The position numbers and the translations under genes are program-made. 56,725 nt of DNA from Ignavibacteria bacterium (GTDB taxonomy: Bacteria; Bacteroidota; Ignavibacteria; UBA10030; UBA6906), in the NCBI GenBank assembly GCA_003251275.1, contig QKGJ01000404.1:1-56725 (forward strand), in the 5' to 3' direction. Shown here one piece after another: positions 45,658 through 53,055 of this stretch. Within the stretch, counting starts at the first letter, position 1, and every line of letters begins with the position of its first letter. Under the pieces are notes generated by a model. That model saw only the letters and a list, made by a program, of their open reading frames with translations. It searched no databases and was not told where the DNA came from.

Positions 45658-47565
45658 ATGAGTCGTTATGTGTCCGCTTTGCTCTTTCTCTTCATCCCAT
45701 TGGTGACCCATGGGCAGATACATCTTACCGCCAACCTGGATGGAGCACAAGAGGTGCCTCCTGTTGTCACCACAGCAAGTGGTACGGGTTCATTCACGCT
45801 AAGTGATGACTTTACTCAATTGAAGTGGGTGATCTCTTATCAAGGACTGAGCGGTACGCTTACCGCCGGCGGGCATTTCCATGTGGGACGGGTCGGCGCC
45901 AATGGTCCGGTTGTGAAGAACATCGCCTCCAGTGGCGATCCGGCATCAAACACCATTTCTGGAACCTGGACTTCTGCAGATGCGACGCAGCCATTGACAC
46001 CTGCGCTCGTTGAGTCGCTCCTCACCGGGCGGATCTATGCAAACTTCCATACTGCCGCACATCCCGGTGGAGAAATTCGTGGGCAAGTGAATCTTGCAAC
46101 GAGTCTTCTTTTCGCCGCAAACCTTACGGGTGCACAAGAGAATCCGCCTGTCACGACAACGGCAGGAGGCACAGGCTCCTTCATTCTTAATCCCCAACGA
46201 ACTGAAGTGCAGTGGGTGGTGACGTACCGTGATCTCTCCGGAACGCTCACCGCAGGTGGACACTTTCACGTCGCCGATTCGGGACGGAACGGTCCAGTTG
46301 TTAAAAACATCGCGAGTGGCGGCGACCCGGCGGCCAATACCATATCCGGAGTGTGGAGTAGTACCGATGCCACCCAGCCGCTTACTCCTGCGCTCGTCGA
46401 CTCACTCATCGCTGGAAAGCTGTATGTAAACTTTCATACCGTCGCTAATCCAGGCGGAGAAATCCGCGGACAGGTAAAGCGAAGGGGCGGTATCGGATTC
46501 ACAGCCCGCTACAGTGGTCAACAGGAAAACCCACCCGTCGTGACGAATGCATCCGGTACAGGCGCATTCTCCTTGAACGCGGCTCGTACCGAACTTTCGT
46601 ACGACATTACTTATATCAATATGAGTGGAACACTTTCAGCAGGCGGCCATTTCCATTCTGCCGATACGGGACGCAATGGTCCGGTTGTGAAAAACATCGC
46701 AAGCGGAGGTGATCCGGCATCGAATACCATTTCGGGAGTGTGGAGAAGCACGGACACGCAGCCTTTGACGCAAATACTTGTCGACTCACTCCTCACGGGG
46801 AGGATTTATACGAATTTTCACACGACAGCTCATCCCGGCGGAGAAATTCGGGGACAACTTCAACTTGCTACGGGAATAGGTTTCAGCGCAAGGTTCTCCG
46901 GTGCGCAGGAGGTTCCGGCAGTTTCAACACCTGCAAGCGGGACGCTCTCGATGGTTCTCAATGCCGCCCGAACGGATGCCCGCTACGACATCACGTATCA
47001 TGACCTCAGCGGCCCGCTTACTGCTGGAGGACATTTTCATGTCGCCAGCGCTGGCAGGAACGGCCCCGTGGTAAAGAACATTGCAAGCGGTGGCGGCCCG
47101 GCGTCAGCAACTATTGGAGGAAACTGGACCACAGCAGACGGCTCACAGCCTCTGACACGGGCACTTGTCGATTCGTTGATCACCGGACTCATCTACTCGA
47201 ACTTTCACACAGCAGCAAACCCCGGTGGGGAGATTCGGGCACAGGCTCTTCTTGGCTCAGACATCATAACGAGCGTAGACCACAATCCCCGGTTTGTTCC
47301 CCAGCAATTTGCGCTGCACCAAAATTACCCGAATCCATTCAACCCGTCCACAACCATCCGCTTCGACGTTGCATCACCATCGGATGTAACACTGAAGGTC
47401 TATGACATGCTAGGGCAGGAAATTGCGGTCTTGTTTGAAGGACTTGCCGAATCGGGAAGTTACACGATCGAGTTCAATGCAAAGACGTTTGCATCAGGAG
47501 TGTATTTCTATCGTGCAGAGGTCGGACAAACGCTTCTGACACGAAAGATGATGCTTGTTCGATAA
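45658..47565 (+). CDS. Secreted protein with four tandem CHRD domains and a T9SS C-terminal sorting domain
   Basis: Track ORF of 635 aa with GAGGAGG upstream and a signal peptide. Four repeats each contain AQE(V/N)PP..., GGHFH, GPVVKNIASGG, NFHT and PGGEIRGQ. The C-terminus reads FALHQNYPNPFNPSTTIRFDV...YDMLGQEI...GVYFYR. Confidence 0.85.
   Translation: MSRYVSALLFLFIPLVTHGQIHLTANLDGAQEVPPVVTTASGTGSFTLSDDFTQLKWVISYQGLSGTLTAGGHFHVGRVGANGPVVKNIASSGDPASNTISGTWTSADATQPLTPALVESLLTGRIYANFHTAAHPGGEIRGQVNLATSLLFAANLTGAQENPPVTTTAGGTGSFILNPQRTEVQWVVTYRDLSGTLTAGGHFHVADSGRNGPVVKNIASGGDPAANTISGVWSSTDATQPLTPALVDSLIAGKLYVNFHTVANPGGEIRGQVKRRGGIGFTARYSGQQENPPVVTNASGTGAFSLNAARTELSYDITYINMSGTLSAGGHFHSADTGRNGPVVKNIASGGDPASNTISGVWRSTDTQPLTQILVDSLLTGRIYTNFHTTAHPGGEIRGQLQLATGIGFSARFSGAQEVPAVSTPASGTLSMVLNAARTDARYDITYHDLSGPLTAGGHFHVASAGRNGPVVKNIASGGGPASATIGGNWTTADGSQPLTRALVDSLITGLIYSNFHTAANPGGEIRAQALLGSDIITSVDHNPRFVPQQFALHQNYPNPFNPSTTIRFDVASPSDVTLKVYDMLGQEIAVLFEGLAESGSYTIEFNAKTFASGVYFYRAEVGQTLLTRKMMLVR
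45724..47244 (+). repeat. Intragenic tandem repeat, four units of about 380-390 nt (CHRD modules)
   Basis: Similarity is visible at nucleotide level, for example AA(C/T)GG(T/C)CC(G/A)GT(T/G)GT(G/T/A)AA(G/A)AACAT(C/T)GC recurring four times. At protein level the units run from LTANLDGAQEVPP to GGEIR(G/A)Q. Confidence 0.8.
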
Positions 47566-47577
47566 TACAACGAGAAA

Positions 47578-47610
47578 GAGCCCGATCAATTCTGGTCGGG
47601 CTCATTTTTT
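47578..47610 (+). terminator. Rho-independent terminator after the CHRD gene
   Basis: The stem is GAGCCCGA (47578-47585) paired with TCGGGCTC (47596-47603), followed by ATTTTTT. Confidence 0.72.
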
Positions 47611-47623
47611 GGAAAGGGATACT

Positions 47624-48022
47624 TTGTCTCATCTGTTACGGCTGTATTTGATTTTATTCGTCCTGATGTTTATCCTCTCAGCTTGTAAGGATTTTGGCGA
47701 ACCATTAACCACTTTGCCTGGACCGACTCCGGGTTCCTCTTTGAGAACCTACCAAAACGATATCCTGCCCATAATTCTCCAATACGGCTGCTTCAGTTGT
47801 CACGGTGGGAACGGAGGGTTATATATCACTTCGATAGCGGAAATTCTTCGAGGCGGCGATCATGGTCCGGCGATCATTCCGGGTAATGCCAATGCAAGCC
47901 TCATCATACAGAAGATATCCCCCGCTCCCCCCTTTGGAGATCGGATGCCGCAAGGAGGTCCGTACCTTCCTGATAGCACTGTCCAGATCTTTAGAGATTG
48001 GATCAACCAGGGAGCAAACTAA
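47624..48022 (+). CDS. Small lipoprotein with a CXXCH heme-binding motif (planctomycete-cytochrome-c-like domain); proposed TTG start
   Basis: It lies in frame with track ORF 47555, but the first 23 codons of that ORF cover the upstream terminator. TTG at 47624 gives SHLLRLYLILFVLMFILSAC (lipobox). It is followed by ILQYGCFSCHGG..., GGDHGPAIIPGNANASLII, MPQGGPYLP and IFRDWINQGA. Confidence 0.68.
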   Translation: MSHLLRLYLILFVLMFILSACKDFGEPLTTLPGPTPGSSLRTYQNDILPIILQYGCFSCHGGNGGLYITSIAEILRGGDHGPAIIPGNANASLIIQKISPAPPFGDRMPQGGPYLPDSTVQIFRDWINQGAN

Positions 48023-48296
48023 AGCGTACCCAGACATATACTTGACTCGCTTGTCGAACTGATTGACTGATACTACCTGAAAGATGATCTATTGAGCGGG
48101 GATGGGGCACCGGCGCGACACTTTCCCCCCTTGCCGTGGCTGAGAAGTTACAAGAAACCATGTGTGTCAGTTTTTGGAATCACCTTTTCGGCATGTCAAT
48201 TCAAGGCCTCGTTTTCAGGGTATCTAATTGACTTTCCTTTTTTCCCTCTCTAACTTGACTTATACTAATTCCTCGTCTACGAATTAACGCCCCGAG

Positions 48297-49619
48297 ATGA
48301 TATCATCTGAAGAACAAATGACAACGCTGGCGTTCTCAAATGTCTTTGATAAACAGCTATTAAACGCAACGCTGCAAAGTGAACGCATCAGGGCAACGAT
48401 TCTTGCGGGAACTTCTGCGGCATTAGGGATGACGCTCGTCGTGTTGTCTCGTTTTGACAACTCAGACTTCATAAACGCTCTTCGACAAAACGATACTGAG
48501 TACGGTATCTTTGGGCTTGCGGCTGGGTTGGTAATATATGAAATGTTCCTTCGATTTGTGCTTGGCAGGGTAATTCAAAAGGAGAAGATCCCTCCGCTCT
48601 CCATTCGCTATGTCAATGCCTTGGTCGAAACAAGTGTACCGACCATTGCAATGATTATGTTTGCCAGGTCGTTTGAACCGATGTACGCATTGATTTCGAT
48701 AGCTCCATTTTTCTATTTCATTTTTATCGTTCTCTCAACGCTTCGTCTTGAGTTCTGGCTTTGTGCGTTCACAGGGTTTGTTGCGTGTGCGGAGTATGTT
48801 TCACTCTCGTGGTACTATCTCTCTGTTGCTCAGACTGAATCGTTGCATCCAATGCTCCAGGCACATGTCTATTATGGTGTGAAGGGTCTGTTGATGTTGA
48901 TTACCGGACTGGCAGCCGGCTTCGTTGCAATCCAGATTAGAAGGCGGATTCTGCATTCATTGAAGACTTTGGAGGAGAGAAATGCAGTTGTTAGGATGTT
49001 CGGCCAGCATACATCACCCGAAGTGGTTGATGAACTCCTGAAGAACCAGGCCGCCGCTGGGTCGGCTCGAAAGTATGTATGTGTGATGTTTGTAGATATT
49101 CGTGGGTTCACACAGTTCGCAGAGCGTCGGCCACCGGAGGAAACAGTCGCCTTTTTGAACACTATTTTCGAACTCATGATCGAGAGTGTTACGAAAAACC
49201 ACGGTATTGTGCACCAACTATTGGGCGATGGGTTGATGGCGATCTTTGGGGCGCCGACATCCTTTGAAAACGATTCTGAAAATGCCGTTCGTGCCGCGAT
49301 GGAAATAATTGATGCTATCAGTAAGGAATCCAGCGAAGGAACAATTCCTCCGATTCGCCTGGGAATTGGTATTCACGCGGGAGAAGGTGTTGCGGGAACA
49401 GTCGGCTCGGCATTGCACAAGGAGTATAAGGTTACAGGTGATGTGGTTAATCTCGCATCGCGCATCGAACAACTCAACAAAGAGTTCGGGACGCAACTTC
49501 TTGTTTCGGGTGAGGTGTGGAATTCCATACGGGATAATTGGAATAACGGAACTTCAAGAGGTTTGACAAGAATCAGAGGGTATGAACAACCGATTGAAAT
49601 CTATGAGTTGGTGAGCTAA
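48297..49619 (+). CDS. Membrane-anchored (6TM) class III nucleotidyl cyclase
   Basis: Track ORF of 440 aa with six hydrophobic segments in residues 30-215. The catalytic domain shows VMFVDIRGFTQFAE, LLGDGLMAIFGAP, GIGIHAGEGVAGTVGS and GDVVNLASRIE. Confidence 0.88.
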   Translation: MISSEEQMTTLAFSNVFDKQLLNATLQSERIRATILAGTSAALGMTLVVLSRFDNSDFINALRQNDTEYGIFGLAAGLVIYEMFLRFVLGRVIQKEKIPPLSIRYVNALVETSVPTIAMIMFARSFEPMYALISIAPFFYFIFIVLSTLRLEFWLCAFTGFVACAEYVSLSWYYLSVAQTESLHPMLQAHVYYGVKGLLMLITGLAAGFVAIQIRRRILHSLKTLEERNAVVRMFGQHTSPEVVDELLKNQAAAGSARKYVCVMFVDIRGFTQFAERRPPEETVAFLNTIFELMIESVTKNHGIVHQLLGDGLMAIFGAPTSFENDSENAVRAAMEIIDAISKESSEGTIPPIRLGIGIHAGEGVAGTVGSALHKEYKVTGDVVNLASRIEQLNKEFGTQLLVSGEVWNSIRDNWNNGTSRGLTRIRGYEQPIEIYELVS

Positions 49620-49929
49620 CAGCAACAAAGGTAATATCAATCGAGCACATTTTCTATGGTCGGCATCAATCTGCTAAGGGCATTTCTGATTGTGAAAATC
49701 CAAAAGACGGTTTCGTTCCACGAAACAATTAACCCCACATGTTAAGAACGATTGTACTTCTCCTTGCAATGGACATGGGATGGATTGTAACACTGGTTTC
49801 CCAGTAATGTGGACACGCTTTACTTCTTCAGTCCATACAAGGAGTGGCTTGAACCTCTTGACTCGTGGATTAAGGAGACAACAAGATGAAAGGAACTGCC
49901 ATGTCCAAAGGCAAAAGAATAGGAACACC

Positions 49930-50076
49930 AAAAAATCTCCTTATGTCGGCCTCATGAATGAAGCGCTAGCCCGCGAGACTCACCTTGGGAGAAAAAGCGC
50001 CACCTATCACATTGATGTGGTTGCCGGAGAGGAGACGATTGCAACGTTCACCGGTACAGTTTACAGAAAAGGATGA
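49930..50076 (+). pseudogene. Possible remnant of a hotdog-fold (PaaI-like) thioesterase, C-terminal fragment only
   Basis: The tail of track ORF 49780 reads TKKSPYVGLMNEALARETHLGRKSATYHIDVVAGEETIATFTGTVYRK. This resembles the last three strands of PaaI-type thioesterases (..A.a.v.H.GR..a.....v......iA.a.GT). I found no intact N-terminal half in any frame. Confidence 0.3.
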
Positions 50077-50465
50077 GAATGAAGAAAGCACTTCTGATTA
50101 TTCTTGGCTCCGTGACGCTTCTCGCCTGCGAAGATTCTCGCGAATCGGACAAAGCCGCGCTGGATCTAGAGCGACGGCAAATAATTGCCTTCGCGCGATC
50201 CGGACAATGCGGCGGAATGGCCGGATGCGGATTTATTGGACTCGGGTCAAAACCATGTGGCGGGCCATGGGAATATCTCACGTATGCGACATCCATCGAC
50301 ACAACACAGCTGTTCGAAATGGTGTTGAATTACAACATCAATGAGTACACCTACAACCGTAAATGGAACATCGGCTCGGATTGCTCAGCCCCCCAGCCGC
50401 CGGACAGTGTTGTGTGTGTGAACGGCGCCTGCACCGGGTATTGGAATGGCGTGCCGGGTGATTAG
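50073..50465 (+). CDS. Small Cys-rich lipoprotein, function unknown
   Basis: Track ORF of 130 aa with signal and lipobox KKALLIILGSVTLLAC. The mature part has six further Cys residues (GQCGGMAGCG, KPCGGPW, DCSAP, VCVNGAC). Confidence 0.62.
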   Translation: MRMKKALLIILGSVTLLACEDSRESDKAALDLERRQIIAFARSGQCGGMAGCGFIGLGSKPCGGPWEYLTYATSIDTTQLFEMVLNYNINEYTYNRKWNIGSDCSAPQPPDSVVCVNGACTGYWNGVPGD

Positions 50466-50663
50466 CTGGTTGTCAAATATGTTGATGAAGCTGCACGCAA
50501 TTAGCAGTTGACCATTTTGAGGCGGTTGGGCAAGGTTGAATTGTTTATATATAGAGGTCACGCTGCTTTTTAGCTTTGACGGCCACACATTGGGATACAC
50601 TAAGTTTTGAGGGAGCCGTAGAGCTGGCAAACGTTCTGCTGCAGGCGATGGGAACGTAGGAAA

Positions 50664-50689
50664 GTAAAAAGGGCGGCTCTCGCCGCCCC
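50664..50689 (-). terminator. Rho-independent terminator for the reverse-strand lipoprotein gene
   Basis: The reverse strand reads GGGCGGC-GAGA-GCCGCCC followed by TTTTTAC. It begins 16 nt after the stop at 50705. Confidence 0.72.
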
Positions 50690-50704
50690 TAGTGCCTGGA
50701 TTTA

Positions 50705-51400
50705 TTATTCGGGAATACCGTCCCGGTCGTTATCCTTAAACGCCGACCGAAACGACGCCTTGATGAGATCGTCAATCATGTCCGCGTTTTGAGGGTCTGT
50801 CGGATCGATCTCCACCCCATTGTTCGTAAACCACATATTAGGATCGACCACAAGTGTTACGTTGACCGGGACACCATCTTCTACACTGAGTGGAGGCGCG
50901 ATGTCCATCCGCTGCTCTGTGTTGCGACGGGACTTGTACACGAATGGCACCCCATTATACTCCCCTCGTACAATCACAGAAAATCTCTGGTCTCCACTTG
51001 AACCCTCACGAAATTCCGGATCGGGAATTGGTTCAGAATCTTCCGGCTTGTGGAGGTGAAATCTCACCTGATCATAGAGCCCCGCAGGAACTGGGGACAC
51101 CAGAAACTCCGTTGACCCACCGCTGAGCGCGAGTAATACGGCAACAGGTCCCACTTTCACGTCGAGTGAATCATCCGAGAGGGCATTGTGAAATTTCACC
51201 TGCTTCAGTAACACTTTTGCAGATTGCAGAACGATTGCCGTCCGTGCATCAGAAGAACCGGGCGTAGTGCTTGTCTTCAGGGTGAATGTCACATTCGCTG
51301 CGTTCGAGGGTCCTGTCGTCGAGTCATTGCAGGACGTCACTCCAGCCACAAGCAGGGCGAGAAGAAATGGTAAGGGGAAGCGGAACAAGGATTGTTTCAT
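50705..51400 (-). CDS. Lipoprotein, possibly DUF4382-like
   Basis: Track ORF of 231 aa with lipobox LVAGVTSC. The segments VPAGLYDQVRFHLHKP and VNVTLVVDPNMWF resemble the DUF4382 pattern. The function is unknown. Confidence 0.65.
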   Translation of the reverse strand: MKQSLFRFPLPFLLALLVAGVTSCNDSTTGPSNAANVTFTLKTSTTPGSSDARTAIVLQSAKVLLKQVKFHNALSDDSLDVKVGPVAVLLALSGGSTEFLVSPVPAGLYDQVRFHLHKPEDSEPIPDPEFREGSSGDQRFSVIVRGEYNGVPFVYKSRRNTEQRMDIAPPLSVEDGVPVNVTLVVDPNMWFTNNGVEIDPTDPQNADMIDDLIKASFRSAFKDNDRDGIPE

Positions 51401-51584
51401 GATGATCTCCTTATGAAAATAAACTGTAACTGGTCACGAAAAACGCAATGAGCGTGCCAATGATCTATATCTGATATGAGGAGTGTTTATGGAGTTTATG
51501 TGACTGGAGACGGGGGACGGATGAGGAATCGGAGCTACAGTCTTATCACCCGGTGTGGCAGAGACGCCACAAGAAAAATGACTG

Positions 51585-52799
51585 TCACCCCGCAGGAGGT
51601 TCGAACATAATTGCCACAACGAACGCAAGAACCGAAATGAGGATTCCGTAGAGAAACACATTGTAGCAGATGCGAAGATACTTGTACTTTGTACCGAGGA
51701 CTTTGCCAAGAAAATAAAGGTCTTTAATCATCGCCCCGTACAAATAGTCCTTGTCCCTCATCATCTCATTCATGCCCCACTGAAATTCCTCCAGAGTGGC
51801 CTTGTGAAAGTTGCCAAAGAAAAGAAGGTTCACCTTCTTTGCCTGAATGTCCTCGCGGGTGAACGTCCCGGTATTGACCTTTGGGCGGGTCACAAGGATT
51901 GCGTAGATGATGGTCACAACGCACACCCCGAGCAACATAACGGTCGGAATCATGAACATTGGAAACTCCCCCAATCTACGAACAAGCAGCGAAACCACGA
52001 GGCTGATGATAATGGAACTGGTGCTGAGCAACAGGTTTGCCTTGTGATCCGCCATGGCGCTCAGTTCCAGGTGGTTCTTCGGGACGGTGCGGAACATTGT
52101 TTCAATTCCGCGTTCCGGCCGCAGTTCTTTTTGTCTTTTCTTTTCTTCCTTCTTCTGTTGATTTTGCTTTTTTTCTGAAAGCTCGATTCGATCATCAAGC
52201 TCTTCCCGCAGCTGGTCATGCAAAGCGGCGAGGTGCTTTACCCTTCTCTTTTGAAACCGGTCCTTTGCATATTCAGTGTGAAACTGATGCTTGGCCAGGA
52301 ACTCGATATTAATGTTCAGCCACTCGGCATTTGTAAAGGATTTGTTCATTCTCTTCTCAAATTCGAGCCGCATCAGGTCGCTCTTGAGAAAAAATCCCTT
52401 TCTTCCGATATGAGCAATATCCGCGTCGCATACCACTTCCTCAATATGGTTCCGCGGCTGTTGGGGGATTTTCGTGGCGCGAATAGATCCAAGAACTTTC
52501 TCAATGCGTTCTTCCGGGTACTCCTCCTTGTGCAGAAACTCTCTCGCCACCTCCACGCTGCGTTCTTCGTGCCCTTCCGCGGTCTCAATGTACCCGACAT
52601 CGTGGAACCACGCAGCAAGCAAAGCAATCTCTGCTTCCGTTTTGTTGAGTTCTTCTGCATCAGCAATTTGTTCACAGACTCTGACCACTTCTTCCGTGTG
52701 TGCAAAATTATGGTACAACGCCCAGGAGGGAGCGCGGGTGTTGAACATGTCGCTCACGAAGGAAGAGGCTTTGGAGATGATTGAGTTGTTTAACGTCAT
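51585..52799 (-). CDS. HD-domain phosphohydrolase fused via a Lys/Glu-rich linker to a 3-TM C-terminal domain (DUF5706 / Pycsar-effector-TM-like)
   Basis: Track ORF of 404 aa. The HD motifs are YHNFAHTEEV, LLAAWFHDVGY and CDADIAHIG. The linker reads SEKKQNQQKKEEKKRQKE. It is followed by MFRTVPKNHLELSAMADHKANLLLSTSSIIISLVVSLL and two further TM helices. Confidence 0.8.
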   Translation of the reverse strand: MTLNNSIISKASSFVSDMFNTRAPSWALYHNFAHTEEVVRVCEQIADAEELNKTEAEIALLAAWFHDVGYIETAEGHEERSVEVAREFLHKEEYPEERIEKVLGSIRATKIPQQPRNHIEEVVCDADIAHIGRKGFFLKSDLMRLEFEKRMNKSFTNAEWLNINIEFLAKHQFHTEYAKDRFQKRRVKHLAALHDQLREELDDRIELSEKKQNQQKKEEKKRQKELRPERGIETMFRTVPKNHLELSAMADHKANLLLSTSSIIISLVVSLLVRRLGEFPMFMIPTVMLLGVCVVTIIYAILVTRPKVNTGTFTREDIQAKKVNLLFFGNFHKATLEEFQWGMNEMMRDKDYLYGAMIKDLYFLGKVLGTKYKYLRICYNVFLYGILISVLAFVVAIMFEPPAG

Positions 52800-53055
52800 A
52801 ATCGAACGGAGAAAACTGGATGCTAAAGTTCGTCAAACATAGTGAATTCCAATGAATCTGTCCACTTCTCATATCACAGGAATCAAACATCCGGAACCAT
52901 CTCAAATCGGTAGCGGAATTCACTCCTGCTAGGAGCTTGTCCCATGCAATCGACATGCTATTTGGCTTGTCGAAACCGCATCCTGGCGCATTCTCTTGGC
53001 AACTCCTCGCTGGTTTGGCTATATTTCCCTCCAATGCATCAAAACACACAAAGCG

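Noticed and set aside
47555-47623. The ATG at 47555 as the start of the CXXCH lipoprotein.
   Set aside because: That start overlaps the CHRD gene stop, and the first 23 codons run through the terminator hairpin (47578-47610). An in-frame TTG at 47624 yields a proper lipoprotein signal.
51597-51605. GGTTCGAAC, which resembles a tRNA T-loop.
   Set aside because: It lies inside the 3' end of the HD-TM coding sequence, and no acceptor, D or anticodon arms can be built around it.
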